64,000 bases of DNA from Octopus sinensis (lineage: Eukaryota): assembly GCF_006345805.1 (NCBI RefSeq), contig NW_021833584.1:8091-72090 (forward strand), read 5' to 3'. Position 1 is the stretch's first letter. Each line of letters begins with the position of its first letter. Position numbers and translations under genes: made by a program. The notes under the pieces are model-generated. The model did no database searches, was not told the origin of the DNA, and saw only the letters and a list, made by a program, of their open reading frames with translations. Positions 26,087-40,533 of the stretch are shown in pieces.

Positions 26087-27494
26087 TGTTTCTTTATTAG
26101 CCACACAGGGCTGCACACATGCACACAAACGGGACAGATTACAAAGTAGAGCTTTTCTTTTGGGGGGAGAGAAAAAAAAGTGGGGTAGGTTTTCGATCAA
26201 AAGGGATCGTAAAAGGGAAAGAAGAAAGAAAGAAAAAAGGAAAAGAAAAAAAGATGAAAAAACGATCAATAGGGATCGTGTATCACAGTGTCATGATATA
26301 AAGTGTAAAGGGGAAGCAGATAAGGTTTATCCGTGGAAAGAAATGCCTACGGAAAAGACCACGGTAACCTCGTTCAATAATGTTATATGTTACCACATTT
26401 GCAAGTAGGTGACCATCTGTATTAAATTTTCCGGATTCATAGGATTATGCTCAAGGTGGCTTCGTCATTCATACGTGCCATCCTTGCTACATTCATCCAT
26501 CTTTTTTTAAACATTCGCTAGACAAAACTTGCCTCTCTATTCTCACTTTCCTTTTCAAGTGGTACTTGAAGAAGTTGATTAGAGATTGACCAGAGAGGAA
26601 AGTGTTTGTCCCCAATCATTTCAGACGCGTCCACCAGATACATTCTTTCGCCATAGCCACAAGGATGATGAAAATAGCGCTTCCTTCCCGTTTGAAGGAA
26701 GGAGGCGTGACAATATTAACGATAGACTCGGCTGATAAACCGACTCATCCCACACGTGACAGCAGTCGTTCGACATAAGCCCACAGGTCGGACATTGTTG
26801 GGCACGGCACGAGTGCGTGCAGAACGATTTCGTCGCTCTGACTGCATCTCGGGCAAGTCGGCCTCGTGTTTCTCGAGCCGTGTCTGTAGAGCTTATCCCA
26901 AACGGGTAGCGCTTCTCGATAGCACTGCCAGTCCAGGGATCTTTGGAAGTTGTCCATGGGCCCTGGCCCAAACGTCACTTTGAACAGGCGGGTCAGTTAT
27001 TTCTCATCGACGTCCAGGTTCGCCCCGAGCTTGTCGTCGTACCTCCCCTCCACTAATCCCCTATAGAATGCTTTGGTTGTGTTGGAGTCACTCAAGGTCA
27101 ACCCGGGACGGCTTAGTTGCTTGAGAGCAACGCGACACTCGCGGTGCCATTTGCCCTTCCTCGGCCTCTTTTTGATCCACGACTGCAGTTCGGACATGGA
27201 GACGAGTTGCGGGAAAGCGTGCCTCACAAACGGCGACCACACCTGTTCACCGTCGTCTAAGTAGAGCCTGAGATGTTGCAGTCTCAGCGCGTGTCTGCGC
27301 ATCATCAACCACGGCATGTCCAGTCCTCCTTTTAACGGGTGTTGACAGAAAATGGATCGCCTGACCATCGGGACGCATCCTTTCCACAAGAAGCGAAAGA
27401 GAATGCATTCTAGTTTGGAGATGGTAGGGTCGGGACAAGGCACGACGGTCAGGCGGTAGTAGATGACGGACCCGATGTACGAGTTCGCCACCTC
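26087..27494 (-). mobile_element. Tx1/L1-clade LINE, 5'-truncated (post-RT ORF2, CCHC finger, 3'UTR)
   Basis: YRLTVVPCP...LFRFLWKG...VRR...P.KGGLDMP and CPRCSQSDEIVLHALVPCP (zf-RVT-like), with frameshifts and stops; ORF ends about 26437; AATAAA at 26093-26098 then (TATC)n tail. Confidence 0.88.
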
Positions 27495-29556
27495 ATGCTC
27501 TCAACAATTTTGTTACCTTATCTTGTGGTCATTTCACCACTAACTCTGTGATTGATTAGTTATAATTGCTTCCCTAATGTGGTCATAATAAGTCTGAAAC
27601 ACATCGACAGTTGTCTCCCTTACATGACTGAAATAATTCGAGGTAATGTTTGTTTATTATTATTACATTTGTAAATTTATTGAGTGGTTGTCTTTTTAGT
27701 GTTTCTACACTTATCTCTGTTGATACAATGCTAGCTATTAGATAAAATGACTGTACAGAGGTCGGCTGGAAGTGTGTGTGTGTGGTTGGGGGAGTGAATT
27801 GTCAGTCGTTATTTCAGAGAATGTGACTAATGCGAATAACGAAATTCTAAGAACTCCAGTGACACAAACGAACTAAGAAATAGAAAGAGAAAAACCAATT
27901 TGATTTGGAGCGTACTTGAAATTGACAAACACAAGGTCAATCGGTAACGGACCATCCCTTCCTAAGCGTGTTTACTTTAATAAAATCATAACCTAGACCT
28001 TTGAATAGTCGCGTGAATCTGTCAAAGTCTTCAATTCACGGTTCTACTCTGGTCTGAAACAATCCAATTAAAGTGGACGACCTCAAGAGTAATTGAAGAA
28101 TGTCACGAAATATTGACAAATGGTATGGCGTGACAAATTTCAACTTAAATGTGAATATATCTCGGTGCATCTAACATGCACAGTTGGATTCTATCAACAA
28201 ATAATTGGTTTTTACCAGTTGGCTTTTAACTACAAATAAATTTCACCGCTAACTTGTCTTGCTTTCTATTGTCTCTGCTCAGTTACGCACACTTGTTTGT
28301 CATTTTCGCCATTAGAAATACATTAAAATCGTGTTTCACTTACTGGAAAAATGCAAAATACGACGCTATTGTTCAAATACAGTCCTACGCTTAAAATTGT
28401 GGTAACCGACTGTTTTAAGTTTTCCTAGTGCTCGAGGACGCATTACGCTGGTTGCCGGGTTTTGCTGTGCGTTTAAGGGACCGAAATCACAATATTCCCA
28501 ATGAACGTTACAGGTGTGTTATAGGGTCCAATGCATGCAATTATGAGAGGAAGGGAAGCTTGATTACATCAACCCTATACTTAAGTCATATTCCACTTCA
28601 CCAACTCTGGAAACGAAGGAAGGAAGAGCAAAACTCCTTTTGGGAGCTTAAGGACAAAATATATATATATACATTAGAGCGGCGCATATTCGCAAAAACA
28701 ATAGATGGTTCGATCTCTGTTTAACCAAACGCCTGGAAATTCCAACTTCTAAACCACATATTCTTCATACAAAATATGAGAATAGTATTTTTTGTCTCCA
28801 TATGGAGACCTCTTTGTCTTTTCCAAGTATCGGTAAACCCGCTTGACCCTGTACAATTCCTACGCTAGCATTTAATCCGTGGTTCTGTTTCGAGTTCAAA
28901 TTCTACCTAAGTTGATTTCCCTTTCAAACGTTTGATATCGATAAAATAAATTGTAGTCAAATACAGTGGTCGATGTAATGGGCAAATTTACTCCCATCCC
29001 ACCTCGATTTTCAAATTTTGGAACAAGGCCAGCAATTATTGGTGAGGGGTGGTCGGTTGCATCCGCCCCAGTTCTTCACTGATATCTATTTTATCGACCG
29101 CGAAAGGATGAAAGGTCGAACTCAGTAGATATTGAACTCAGAGCGTCGGGAAAGGGACGAAATGCTGCTAAGCATTTAGCTAGGCATACTAAAAATTGGG
29201 CTAACCCACAGTCTCATCACGTGCCGATATTAGAAACCTTTATATATATATATATATATTTGCGTATGTGTGAAGTGTGTTTACCTGTTCAAGTAGTAAA
29301 TTTACGTTTATTATTTCAAATTCTTTCCCTTCATCAAGTGAAAGTGGTACTAAATTGAATTCCCTCTGAGCAGGGGAAAAATTTCAGTTATAGATTAAAC
29401 ACAAAGAAATTACACCTTAAATTAGTGGCACATGTTCACCTGGACGGAAGCACATAAACACATTTCGGTATTGATTAAAGAAATCATAGCAATTTTAATG
29501 TCAGAGTAACTGAAGAAATTACAATATGTGTCTATGGAACACTGCTTTTCAAAGAA

Positions 29557-29622
<66 letters not shown>

Positions 29623-29625
<3 letters not shown>

Positions 29626-29972
29626 TTCTTACTCTCTTTTTATTTGTTTCAGTCATTTGACTGCGGCCATGTTGGAGCACCGCCTTTAGTCGAGCAAATC
29701 GACCCCGGGACTTATTCTTTGTAAGCCCAGTACTTATTCTATCGGTCTCTTTGGTCGTAAACACACCAGCATCGGTTGTCAAACACACACACATATATAT
29801 ATACATATATACGACAGGCTTCTTTCAGTTTCCGTCTACCAAATCCACTCACAAGGCATTGAGCGGCCCGGGGCTATAGCAGAAGACACTTGCCCAAGAT
29901 GCCACGCAGTAGGACTGGATCCGGAACCATGTGGCTGGTTAGCAAGCTACTTACCACACAGCCACTCCTGCG

Positions 29973-29975
<3 letters not shown>
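29623..29975 (-). mobile_element. SINE-A, near full length
   Basis: Reverse complement of aggcgcaggagtggctgtgtggtaagtagcttgc...gactgaaacaaat, with short internal (TA)/(CA) tract. Confidence 0.88.
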
Positions 29976-30015
<40 letters not shown>

Positions 30016-30137
30016 ATGGCTTTCTTGTATCTGGATATGTATATCAGAAAGTAGACCATAGAATCTCATTTGTAACTGGCACCACAATAATTTAGATGCG
30101 TTCCATAATAGAATAAGATATTGGAATATTAATGCAA

Positions 30138-30177
<40 letters not shown>

Positions 30178-31551
30178 TATGTGTGTATGCATGTAGGTAT
30201 GTATGTATATATATATGTATATATATCTACGTTATATGGTATTGCATTCAATATATGTATGTATATACATACATATCTACGGATGGCGGTACTATATGCG
30301 TGTGGTTAGTGTGTAAGTGTATGTGTGCTTGTATATATATGAATTTGAATGTGTGTATAATATCTTAATATTATTATTCCTAAGTCCAACAGTCATTCAC
30401 AGAATGTAATTCCAAATAAGTGGCAAAGACTTAGATAAACCATTTATCTATCCAACCAATGTCACTTCTAACATTAATCAGAACGGAATAGATTACGTCG
30501 GCATGACAGCAAATTGATTTAAGTTTAGATACACCCTGCAGAAATATGCATTTAGAGTAGCGCAAAAATGAGTGGATACGAGCTTACCAAGAAATATATA
30601 AAACTTTTGATGAATAACACCTTTCCGTTATACAATTTCCAGATAAAACCAAACATTATACGCAAGCTAATTATTTCTGTAGCTTATGTACTCTAGAGAA
30701 TATCCTAATTTTAAAACAAACTAAAAAAAAAAACACTGATTAAAAGCGCATCTTTATTTATTTCTTGCTCGCATAACCGAAATGACCTTCTAAGATGATA
30801 TAATTATATCCTTCCAAAGTTATACTCACAGGTCAAGAAATTCTGAAACTTATTAATATTACAGGACTTCATTTTTATTGCTAATAATTTCTTAAATATT
30901 TTGTGGTATCACGAGAGGTCATAATGCTAATAGCAAACAACTCATATTCAGGTTCAAATTCACCCCGTTTATTATACATCAATTTGTTAACTTTTAACCT
31001 GTTAAGTAATCGATTGTTTCATTAGTGATTCGATTAACTTCTCAATCGATTGTGTGTCTGTCAAAATCCCTTCATCGGTATTCGAAACCTCTTCAATCAT
31101 TTGCTGTCTGTACCGTCACAAAAGGTTACTACACCATACTAAAACTTACGCGATTGTAATTTTATATATATGTATGTGTATATGTATACACATTTCACAC
31201 AAACATAGACGTATACACGCATGCACACACATACACGACAACCGACGCACACACGCACACATACATACATACACACACATATATATATATATAATAGTTT
31301 TTAGCGTCTGAAGAAGTATTTGTACCGAATAGCAATTATTATATCATACTTAATGCGGATGTCTTATAAGAAAGCCGTAAGACTGTGGTAGTCGTCTAGA
31401 GAGAGTAGAAATGTTTAGTAGTTGAAAGCACAGGTATATTAGACACTAATAAAAACCGACCAACACCTATGGTGTAACTGCTGGATTTCGTGATTTCTGC
31501 GACTTTGCGCTCCATCAAGAGCACCTGTCCATTATTATCATGGTCAAAGAT

Positions 31552-31597
<46 letters not shown>

Positions 31598-31677
31598 TAT
31601 ATATATAAAAATTATAAATGATAAGGGTAAAAAATAGAACATTAATTTGATTAATATTTAAAACGAGTGGTCTAACA

Positions 31678-31878
31678 CAGTGCTTTTCAACATTTTTGCT
31701 GGAGCGGAACCCCAAGGAAACATTCCACTGGCTCGAGGAACCCCTGTGCAATAATTTAATAGTCTTATGCACACATATCTGCACAGGAGAATTAAAAATT
31801 ACTGCTGATTTTAGCAGTTTTGTAACTTCTTGCGGAACCCCTGGACTGTACTGGCGGAAACCTGGTTGAAAACCACTG
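31678..31878. mobile_element. hAT-superfamily (Charlie-like) MITE, 201 bp
   Basis: 14-bp TIRs cagtgcttttcaac / gttgaaaaccactg (1 mismatch); perfect 8-bp TSD gtctaaca at 31670-31677 and 31879-31886. Confidence 0.92.
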
Positions 31879-32039
31879 GTCTAACATATTAAAATCTCAA
31901 GGTTCAGAAAAATTATATTACATATATATAAGAGAGATGACCACTACGTGGACAAACATTATGCTACAAGTAGATCCGCTATGGTCTAACCACTAAGAAA
32001 GGAATGTTCACTTGAAATGCCCATGTAGTGGTCATCCCT

Positions 32040-33095
32040 CTTATAATATAATCGCACACAACATACAAAAACAACAAAATGAAACCAGCTGTTCATGCAA
32101 GGATAAAACATTTTGCCCGGTAAATGGAGCTTGCATGTCCAAGACCATCATTTATGGAGCCACCGTAGACTCTACAACCACTAAGAACATAGTTTCATCA
32201 AAGAAATATATGGGTCTCACAGAGGGGAATTTTTAAGCCAGGTTCAACAATCATGCCTCGAGCTTCAGACACTGGGATAAAAGAAAAACAACGAAATTAT
32301 CCAGGCACATATGGTCCTAAAAAAGAAAAAGATTTTACTTACAACAGCCATTGGGAGACCTTAGCCAAGTGTAAGGATTACACCAACGGCAGAGGAAAGT
32401 GCGGCCTTTGTGATATTTAAAGATGTAGGCCCCGCTACATGTCTAAATTCAAGAACTGAACTTACTGGATCATATCCACATACGACTAAATATTTGTTAC
32501 ATTTTTGATCGCCCACTACCAAGATCAGAGATAGAACCTGCTTTATATATTGTGTCCACGTACAAGAATTTCATCTCTCTCTATATTTTATATATATATT
32601 TTTTTACATAGTTTTTATATATATTTTTATATTTTTATATTGCTTTATATATTCTTAAATATTTTACTGTATATTACCTTTCGCCCTGCATTTTTGTGCA
32701 CGTGCGTATATAGACATGTATATGAATATATATGTGCTCGTATGGCTATATATACGTGTGTGCGTGTGCGTGTATGCGAGTATGTATATGTGTACATATG
32801 TATGGTTGCATATATATGTATGGCTGCATATATATGTGCGCATGTGTATGTATACCATGCGCGCATACGCGAATTCTATGAAGACTTTAAATTCTCTCCT
32901 TCGGGTTTTTCCTTTATTTAACGGTCATTATAGTAGCTCTTTTCTTTGTCTTAATAACGGTCATTTACATAGTAATTTCCCTTTGATTAACGGTCATTTT
33001 CATAGCATTTTTGTTGTCTTAATAACTGACGAGATGCCGGAGCAGATTTCCCTACTGACATCCGAAACTCGGCGTTTTATTATGGCAACTGATTA
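32040..33095 (+). mobile_element. Penelope-like element fragment: GIY-YIG remnant and downstream terminal repeat
   Basis: CSCKDKTFCPVNGACMSKTIIYGATV...KKYMGLTEGNF*ARFNNHASSFRH...TKLSRHIW, a Penelope Cys-rich linker plus GIY-YIG pattern; hammerhead at 33021. Confidence 0.82.
33021..33081 (+). ncRNA. Type-I hammerhead ribozyme motif
   Basis: AAUAA CUGACGA GAUG...CAUC C GAAA C-UCGGC-G UU UUAUU: 5-bp stem I, intact core, GUU triplet. Confidence 0.65.
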
Positions 33096-33232
33096 GTTGT
33101 CACATATTATATATATATATACATATATGTATATATATATGCATATATATATATGCATATATATATATATTTATATGTATATAGAAACAAATATATATGC
33201 ATATATATTCATATATGTACATGCATACATTA

Positions 33233-33264
<32 letters not shown>

Positions 33265-33342
33265 ATATATATATATGCGCATATATATATGTGTGTGTGT
33301 TTTCATTCGTACGTATTTATATAAATATATATGTATATATAT

Positions 33343-33382
<40 letters not shown>

Positions 33383-33618
33383 GCACACACACACACACAC
33401 ACATACACACCTATAAATGTATGTATGCATACTTGTTTATGTTTAACACAGAGACAACAATAAATAACAAAACATCGTCTCCAGAATAAAGAACAAACGT
33501 AAAAACGCAGATGACATGCGGAGTACTTAAGATGTCAGTTTGAGTCAGTCGGAATATACTTGAACATGTTTTTTTTTGGTTTAGCACTCAGAACGAAACA
33601 AATAATAATAATAATAAC

Positions 33619-33652
<34 letters not shown>

Positions 33653-33656
33653 TAAT

Positions 33657-33687
<31 letters not shown>

Positions 33688-33692
33688 TAAAA

Positions 33693-33735
<43 letters not shown>

Positions 33736-34279
33736 TATTAATAATAATAATAATAATAATATAATATAATAATAATAATAATGATATTAATAATAATAAT
33801 AATAATATTAATAATAATAATAATAATAATAAAAGTAATAATAATAATAATATAATAATATAATAATAATAATAATAATAAGAACAATAATAACAATAAT
33901 AATAATGAATGAATACAAGAATGTATAATGCGGCAAAAAATAAGAGAATACAAAAAAAATGACAAAAAGCCTACCAAATAAAAAGTAATAAATAAATAGA
34001 AAATATGGTGTACTTTGATTATATATTCTTCTCGCATGGCTTTGATGATTGGTTATATCGTTCATGTGACTTCGTCTCTTTCGCTTTTTCTTTCTTTCAT
34101 CGTAGTGCGTAACTGCATACGCTTATGTGCACATGCATGTAGGTGTGTAATTACACATGTGGTTTTACATATATACATACATATACATATATACATATAC
34201 ATACACATATGTATATATATACATACATATATAGACACATATATATATGAATGTATATATATATATATATATATGTATG

Positions 34280-34319
<40 letters not shown>

Positions 34320-34344
34320 CATACATATGTATACATATTTATAC

Positions 34345-34995
34345 ATATATACACATACATATATATATACATATATATGGATACATATTTATGCATACAT
34401 ATATAGACATACATACACACACTCTCACACACACACAAATATATATAAATACATATACATATACATATAAACATATATATATATATAAATATACATATAT
34501 AAATATTACATATATATAAATATTTACATTTATATACATTTATATATATACTTTATATACGTATGTGCTCTGTATATATACATACATATATATATATATA
34601 TATACGTGCATACATACAGTTATACATGTATATATACAAACCTACAGTTATATATAAATATATACATATATACACATACATATATATATACATATATATG
34701 GATACATATTTATGCATACATATATAGACATACATACACACACTCTCACACACACACAAATATATATAAATACATATACATATACATATAAACATATATA
34801 TATATATAAATATACATATATAAATATTTACATATATATAAATATTTACATTTATATACATTTATATATATACTTTATATACGTATGTGCTCTGTATATA
34901 TACATACATATATATATATTATATACGTGCATACATACAGTTATACATGTATATATACAAACCTACAGTTATATATAAATATATACATATATATA
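34345..34995. repeat. Tandem duplication of an about 320-bp microsatellite-rich unit
   Basis: Unique anchors (atggatacatatttatgc, gtatgtgctctg, caaacctacagtt) each occur twice at matching spacing. Confidence 0.85.
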
Positions 34996-36293
34996 CACTT
35001 AAATATATGCATATATATGTTTGTGTGCGTATATATATATACACAACATATGCGCATAATGTGTCTCAAAGTACGTAGCTGTTGCTTATTGGTGGAGGGG
35101 CTGGGATGGCGGTGACATTCATGTTGTAGCTGCTGCTGCTTTCTGCTTACTGTTGTTGTTGTTGTTGTTGTTGTGGCAGCTGTACTTATAGTTGTTGCTC
35201 TTGTTTCGTATTAGCAATCTCTGTAGAAATGACACTAGTGATCAATACGATTTAATTACGATAACGAGTTCAATGGAATCTCCAAATAATTGGAAATACA
35301 TCTCTATTCAGCGCTGCTAAATTTTTTTTTTCTTCTTTTTTTTTATATTTTTCCCTTGTTCTATGTTGTTTATTTTATATGTATTATACTTATTTCATTT
35401 ATATATATTACTTTTCTTATACATTTTATTTTTAAATTTTATTTTCCTTCATCCTATTATTTTTTTTTATTTTTTCCTCATTTTTTTTTTCACGTCCGTT
35501 TTTGCTTTTTGTCGTATGTTTTTACTATCTTATATATTTCTAATGTTTTTTTCTTGTTTTTTTTTTCTTGTTTTTTTTTTTCAAAATCTGGCTTTGCTTG
35601 ATTACATCTTTCTCGTTTCTCTTTTGTCACTTTTTTTTCCTGGGAGGTGGGGGCCTATTTAGATTTTAGTTTTGTTGTCATGTTTATCTAATAAAGATTT
35701 ACAATAACATTTCCAAGTTCTCTTTTCTAACATTCTCATCCTTTCCATTCTTTGTCCTCTCTTTTCTATTCTCTCTCTCTCTTTCTCTCTCTCTCTCTCA
35801 GTGATTCTCTCTCTCTCCTCTCTCTCTCTTTCTCTTCTATGTTTTCAACGTAAAGCAATCAGAAACATGATGACTCACATAGATAACAACTATTAAACTG
35901 TTTCCTCATTACAATATATGTGTGTGCATGCACACGCGGCACGCACAACATATATATACATATCTATCTATTTATCTCTCTCTCTCTCTCTCTCTCTATG
36001 TATATATATACATATGCATATATATATACACGCACACGCATACATATGTATATATGTATATATGTATATATATATATAGATAGATAGATGTATGTTATAT
36101 ATATACAGTACATATACATATACATATATATATAAACATATATATATTACAATACTATATGTATATATATATACATACATATACATATATATATATATAG
36201 TTAATATATACGAATAGACGCAGAGAGAACACACGCCTATATGTGCACATCAACAATTATATATACGCGAACATGTATATAAATGTATATTAT

Positions 36294-36338
<45 letters not shown>

Positions 36339-36720
36339 GTGTGGTGTGTGTGTAAATATATATATAGATATAGGTATATATGATAATTATGTATATTATA
36401 CATGCATACGTATTGACATACATTTTATGCATGTATGTATGCATATACGTGTATATATACGTGTAAGTGTGTTTGTGGTCGAATTCGCATTTACAATCAC
36501 ACTTATGCGCACGCGCGCTTACGCTTGTGTGTGTGTGTGAGGACAGACGACCTTGGCGGCCTCTATAGACAACTAATGAGATTGGAAGCTTAAGAGACGT
36601 CTTCATCTTGCAATATATTTATCACTCAAAACGTCAATTCACTGTCACCATCCCTGAGTCCGCTGTTGGAACCTGTCTTCCAGGCCAAAGAGAGCAACAA
36701 CAACAACAACCACAAGACCG

Positions 36721-36770
<50 letters not shown>

Positions 36771-36771
<1 letters not shown>

Positions 36772-37404
36772 GATAAAACCATGTCAAGAAAAGCCCCTTC
36801 ATGGTAAATACTGCACTAAACTAAACGCAAAAGAAATAGACAAAGAAAAATCCCAGCAATGTTGAGAAGCTCAGGACTCAAAGCAGAAACAGAGGAGTTT
36901 TAATTGCAGCACAAGACCAAAGCCTCCCCACCAGAAATTACCAAAACATGTAATGAAAAGAAATATCATGTAACTGCAGATAATGTGGTGGAGATGGACA
37001 AGAAACAATAAGTCATATTATCTCTGGCTGCCCAGTCCTGGCTAAGAAGGAATATATTCACAGACATGACAGAGTTGGAACCTACATACACTTGAAGCTA
37101 TGCCAACATTATGGAATAACAACAGAAAAAAGATGGTATAGGCACACACCAGAAAAGGTCACAGAAAACGAGAAAGCAACCATACTCTGGGATATGCCGA
37201 TACACACAGATTGAGAAATTAAGGCCAACAGACCAGATATAGTTGTCAGAGATCATGAAGAAAAAAATGCTTTCTAATTGATGTGTCGATACCACCGGAT
37301 GACAACGTGTCTCTAAAGGAAATGGAGAAACTTTCAAAATACAAAGACCTGGAAATAGAGGTAACTCGAATGTGGAATCTAAAAACAGAAACAATTCCTA
37401 TCAT
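36771..37404 (+). mobile_element. R4/Dong-type non-LTR retrotransposon fragment (CCHC + restriction-like endonuclease)
   Basis: Across frameshifts: KPLHGKY...GLKAETE...AAQDQSL...HIISGCPVLAKKEYIHRHDRV...WDMPIHTD*EIKANRPDIVVRD...LIDVSIP...EKLSKYKDLEIE; 5' junction in (AAT)n. Confidence 0.88.
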
Positions 37405-37745
37405 CTATGCGATAAGGAAGAAAGAAAATCGATAGATATGACAGGTTAGCTCGGGAAGTTAAGCAGTTGCGGTTACTGAAAACGGTGGTAGTAGCACCAA
37501 TAATTGGCAGACTCTTGGGAAAAGTAATTAAAAATCTTTATAAGTACATGGAACAAATATGGGCTGCAGTAAGGATGGAGCTCTTGCAGAAAACAGGACT
37601 GCTTCGAAACACTCGAATACTCCGGATGGTCCTCGAAAAATAAGGGGTGTTACAGCTGACACCGTTGTACATCTCCAACGTTAGAAGCTGTGCAAAAACA
37701 ACAACAACGATAATAACAATATCAATAATACTATTAATAATAATG

Positions 37746-37813
<68 letters not shown>

Positions 37814-38560
37814 GAGCAAATATAAAGATCTGGAAATAGAAATCAGCAAAATGTGGAACCTGAAGACTGAAACAATACCTGTTGTCACAGGTCCCTGGGA
37901 ATGATAGCAAAAGGGGCTGATTGCTACCTAACTCAGACACCAGTGGGCAGAAGAGGAGATAAAGGAAATTAACAGGAATTGAAGAAAGCTCCTAATGATT
38001 CATGGTGCCCATCATCCACGCGCAAACATTGATTGTTTGTACATGAAGAGAGAAAATGGAGGAAGTAGAATGATAAGTGTGGAAGACTGCATGCATATCG
38101 AACTCAAGAGCTTAATGAAATATCAAGCCCAAAGAATGGAAACCTTGTTTGTGACATTTAGAAACGAGGGAGTATTGAGAGCAGAGGGAAAAGGTAAAAC
38201 AAAGGAAGAAGTACAAAAAGGACAAGAAGAATTACACAAGGGACCATACAATTAATTCCATGTAGCCACAACAGAAGTTGCTGGCAAAAATAGGTGGGAT
38301 TGGCTGATGAAAGGAACCCTAAGAAAAGAGACCGAGAGCACTATGCTGGCAGCGTAAGACCAAGCGATGGCCACGAACTGGAGGCTGAACATTAGGGATG
38401 AGCAAGTGTATCTGCCGTGCCGCATCTGCAATAGAGTGGATGGAACCATTGCCGATATCACGAACAAATGCCCTAGACTTGCCCCAAACCACTACAATTT
38501 GTGGCGACTCGGCCAGGTAGCGAAAGCGCTACATCGAAAACTGCGAACAGTGGGGGGCTG
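37405..38560 (+). mobile_element. Three further R4/Dong-type fragments (37405-37700, 37812-37942, 37943-38560)
   Basis: C-terminus ...MELLQKTGLLRNTRILRMVLEK* with 3'UTR ending in (AAC/AAT)n; SKYKDLEIEISKMWNLKTETIPVV; MIHGAHHPRANIDCLYMKRENGG...KETESTMLAA*DQAM...CRIC. Confidence 0.8.
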
Positions 38561-38569
38561 AGAGAGGCA

Positions 38570-39010
38570 AGACGTGGTATGAGCACAAACCGCCGGGAAT
38601 GCCGAAGACTAGCAAAAGCCTGTTGGATGTGGGAGAGGTACATGATGAATTTGCTGGTTTTGCAGGGGGTCATTGAATGTTTCATAACGAGAGCTTCTGA
38701 CTTAAACAGCACGAAAATGGTGCCGTATTGTGTTTCCCTCACTATGTATTCGATGTCATTTCTGATGAAACTCAGCGCCGCCTCGATATCTATTGGGCTA
38801 TCAAAGCCGCTATTTCCGTGTCTGCTGACATGCATCTGAAAAGCACCGTTCTTCTCTCCACTGCTTCACTTCCTCTGATAGGAATCAGCAGGCTGGCCCA
38901 AGTCTTCACTTGTTTTATTAGTTTCCATGCTTGTGGTAGCATCTGCTCCCTATTTGTGAGGTCTACGGTAAAGTGTTGTTTGGTCTTCGCTGTTGCTACT
39001 GCGAGTGCAT
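38570..39010 (-). mobile_element. Degraded coding-like segment, possibly L1/Tx1 ORF1
   Basis: Frameshifted reading ...EAVERRTVLFRCMSAD.../PIDIEAALSFIRNDIEYIVRETQYGTIFVLFKSEAL..., resembling an RRM-like LINE ORF1 region; assignment from recall only. Confidence 0.4.
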
Positions 39011-39271
39011 TTTGTTTTTTTTTTGTTATTGGTATTATTCTCGTTGTTGTTTTTGTTGTTCTTACTGTTGCTGCTGCTCTCGTTATTGTTATTGTTGTTA
39101 TCGTTGTACTTATTGATGTTGTTGGTATTGGTTTTTTTTGTTTTGCTGTTGTTAATTAGGTCTAATAATAATAATAATATTATTATTATTTTTATTAGTA
39201 GTAGTAGTAGTAGCAGCAGCAGTTGGAGTAGTAGTAGTAGCTGTAGTAGTAGTAGTAGTAGTAGTAGTAGC

Positions 39272-39302
<31 letters not shown>

Positions 39303-39500
39303 TAGTCGCAGTAGTACTAGTAGTAGCAACAGGAACAGCAGCAGCAATAGCAGCAACAGCAACAGCAGCAGCAGCAGTAGTAGTAGTGGTAGTGGTAGTA
39401 GTAGTAGTAGTAGTAGTAGTCGCAGTAGTACTAGTAGTAGTAGTAGTAGTAGTAACAGCAGCAGCAACAGGAACAGCAGCAGTAATAGCAGCTGCAGCAA

Positions 39501-39555
<55 letters not shown>

Positions 39556-40204
39556 CGCAGCAGCAGTAGTAATAGTAGTAGGACATATATTCCTCTACGG
39601 TTAGGTGTTATTTACCGACGTAACGTCGGTTGACTTTTAAATCCGGGAATATATAAGCTCTTCAGAAAATCGAATTATCACTTGATCTGTTTCATAGCAG
39701 AAATTAAGAGAATGCGCTCCGAGTAAAATCTTTGGTTATGCCTGGGAATATTTCAGGATTAAAAGATTAACCCAATTACCATTATTTAAAACAAAAACAA
39801 AATTAATTCCAAGACTTCATCAGCAGTATTTCGAAATTGTATTATTACTAACAGAAAGCTGATTCGTAAAGGATTTATTTATCAGTATTCCAGCTGCATT
39901 TGTAGGTTTCCGGCTTATGTTTCCAAATTTTGCTGGTGTTACTATAATTCCAGCGAGATCTCCGCAGAAGTGTTCTTCGGAAATTTCCGCCATTCTTTAG
40001 CATTTGTTTCAGCGTTTGTTATTTTAAAAAGCGCTAATTTGTGCGCGGAATAAATATCAGGATATATGTGTGTTGTGTTCTTTTATGCATACATATGTGT
40101 GAGGATGTATTTTAATACCTTAATTCCCTAACGTTCTTCTCTTTCTTTCTTTCTTTATGAACATATTCTTTTTTGTTGTTGTTGTTGTTGTTCTTTTATT
40201 TCTT

Positions 40205-40440
40205 ATAATTACGTGTTTCAGTCATTTGATTGCGGCTGTGCTGTAGCACCGCCTAGAGACTTTCAGACGAAAAGAAATTCGACCGCAGGACATTTCCCAT
40301 TTTTAAAGCCTAGTAAATATTCTATCGGTTTCTTTTGTCAAACCGCTAATTTACGGGGACGTAAATATGCCAGCATCGGTTGTGAAGTGGTGATGGGTGA
40401 CAAACACTGACACGAAGACACACACTCTTAGATATATCCA
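40205..40440 (-). mobile_element. SINE-A 3' half, diverged
   Basis: gtttcagtcatttgattgcggctgtgctgtagcaccgcc...ttctatcggtttcttttgtcaaaccgctaatttacgggga. Confidence 0.75.
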
Positions 40441-40474
40441 AATATATATATAAGTGCGTGTGTGTGTATGTGTT

Positions 40475-40533
<59 letters not shown>

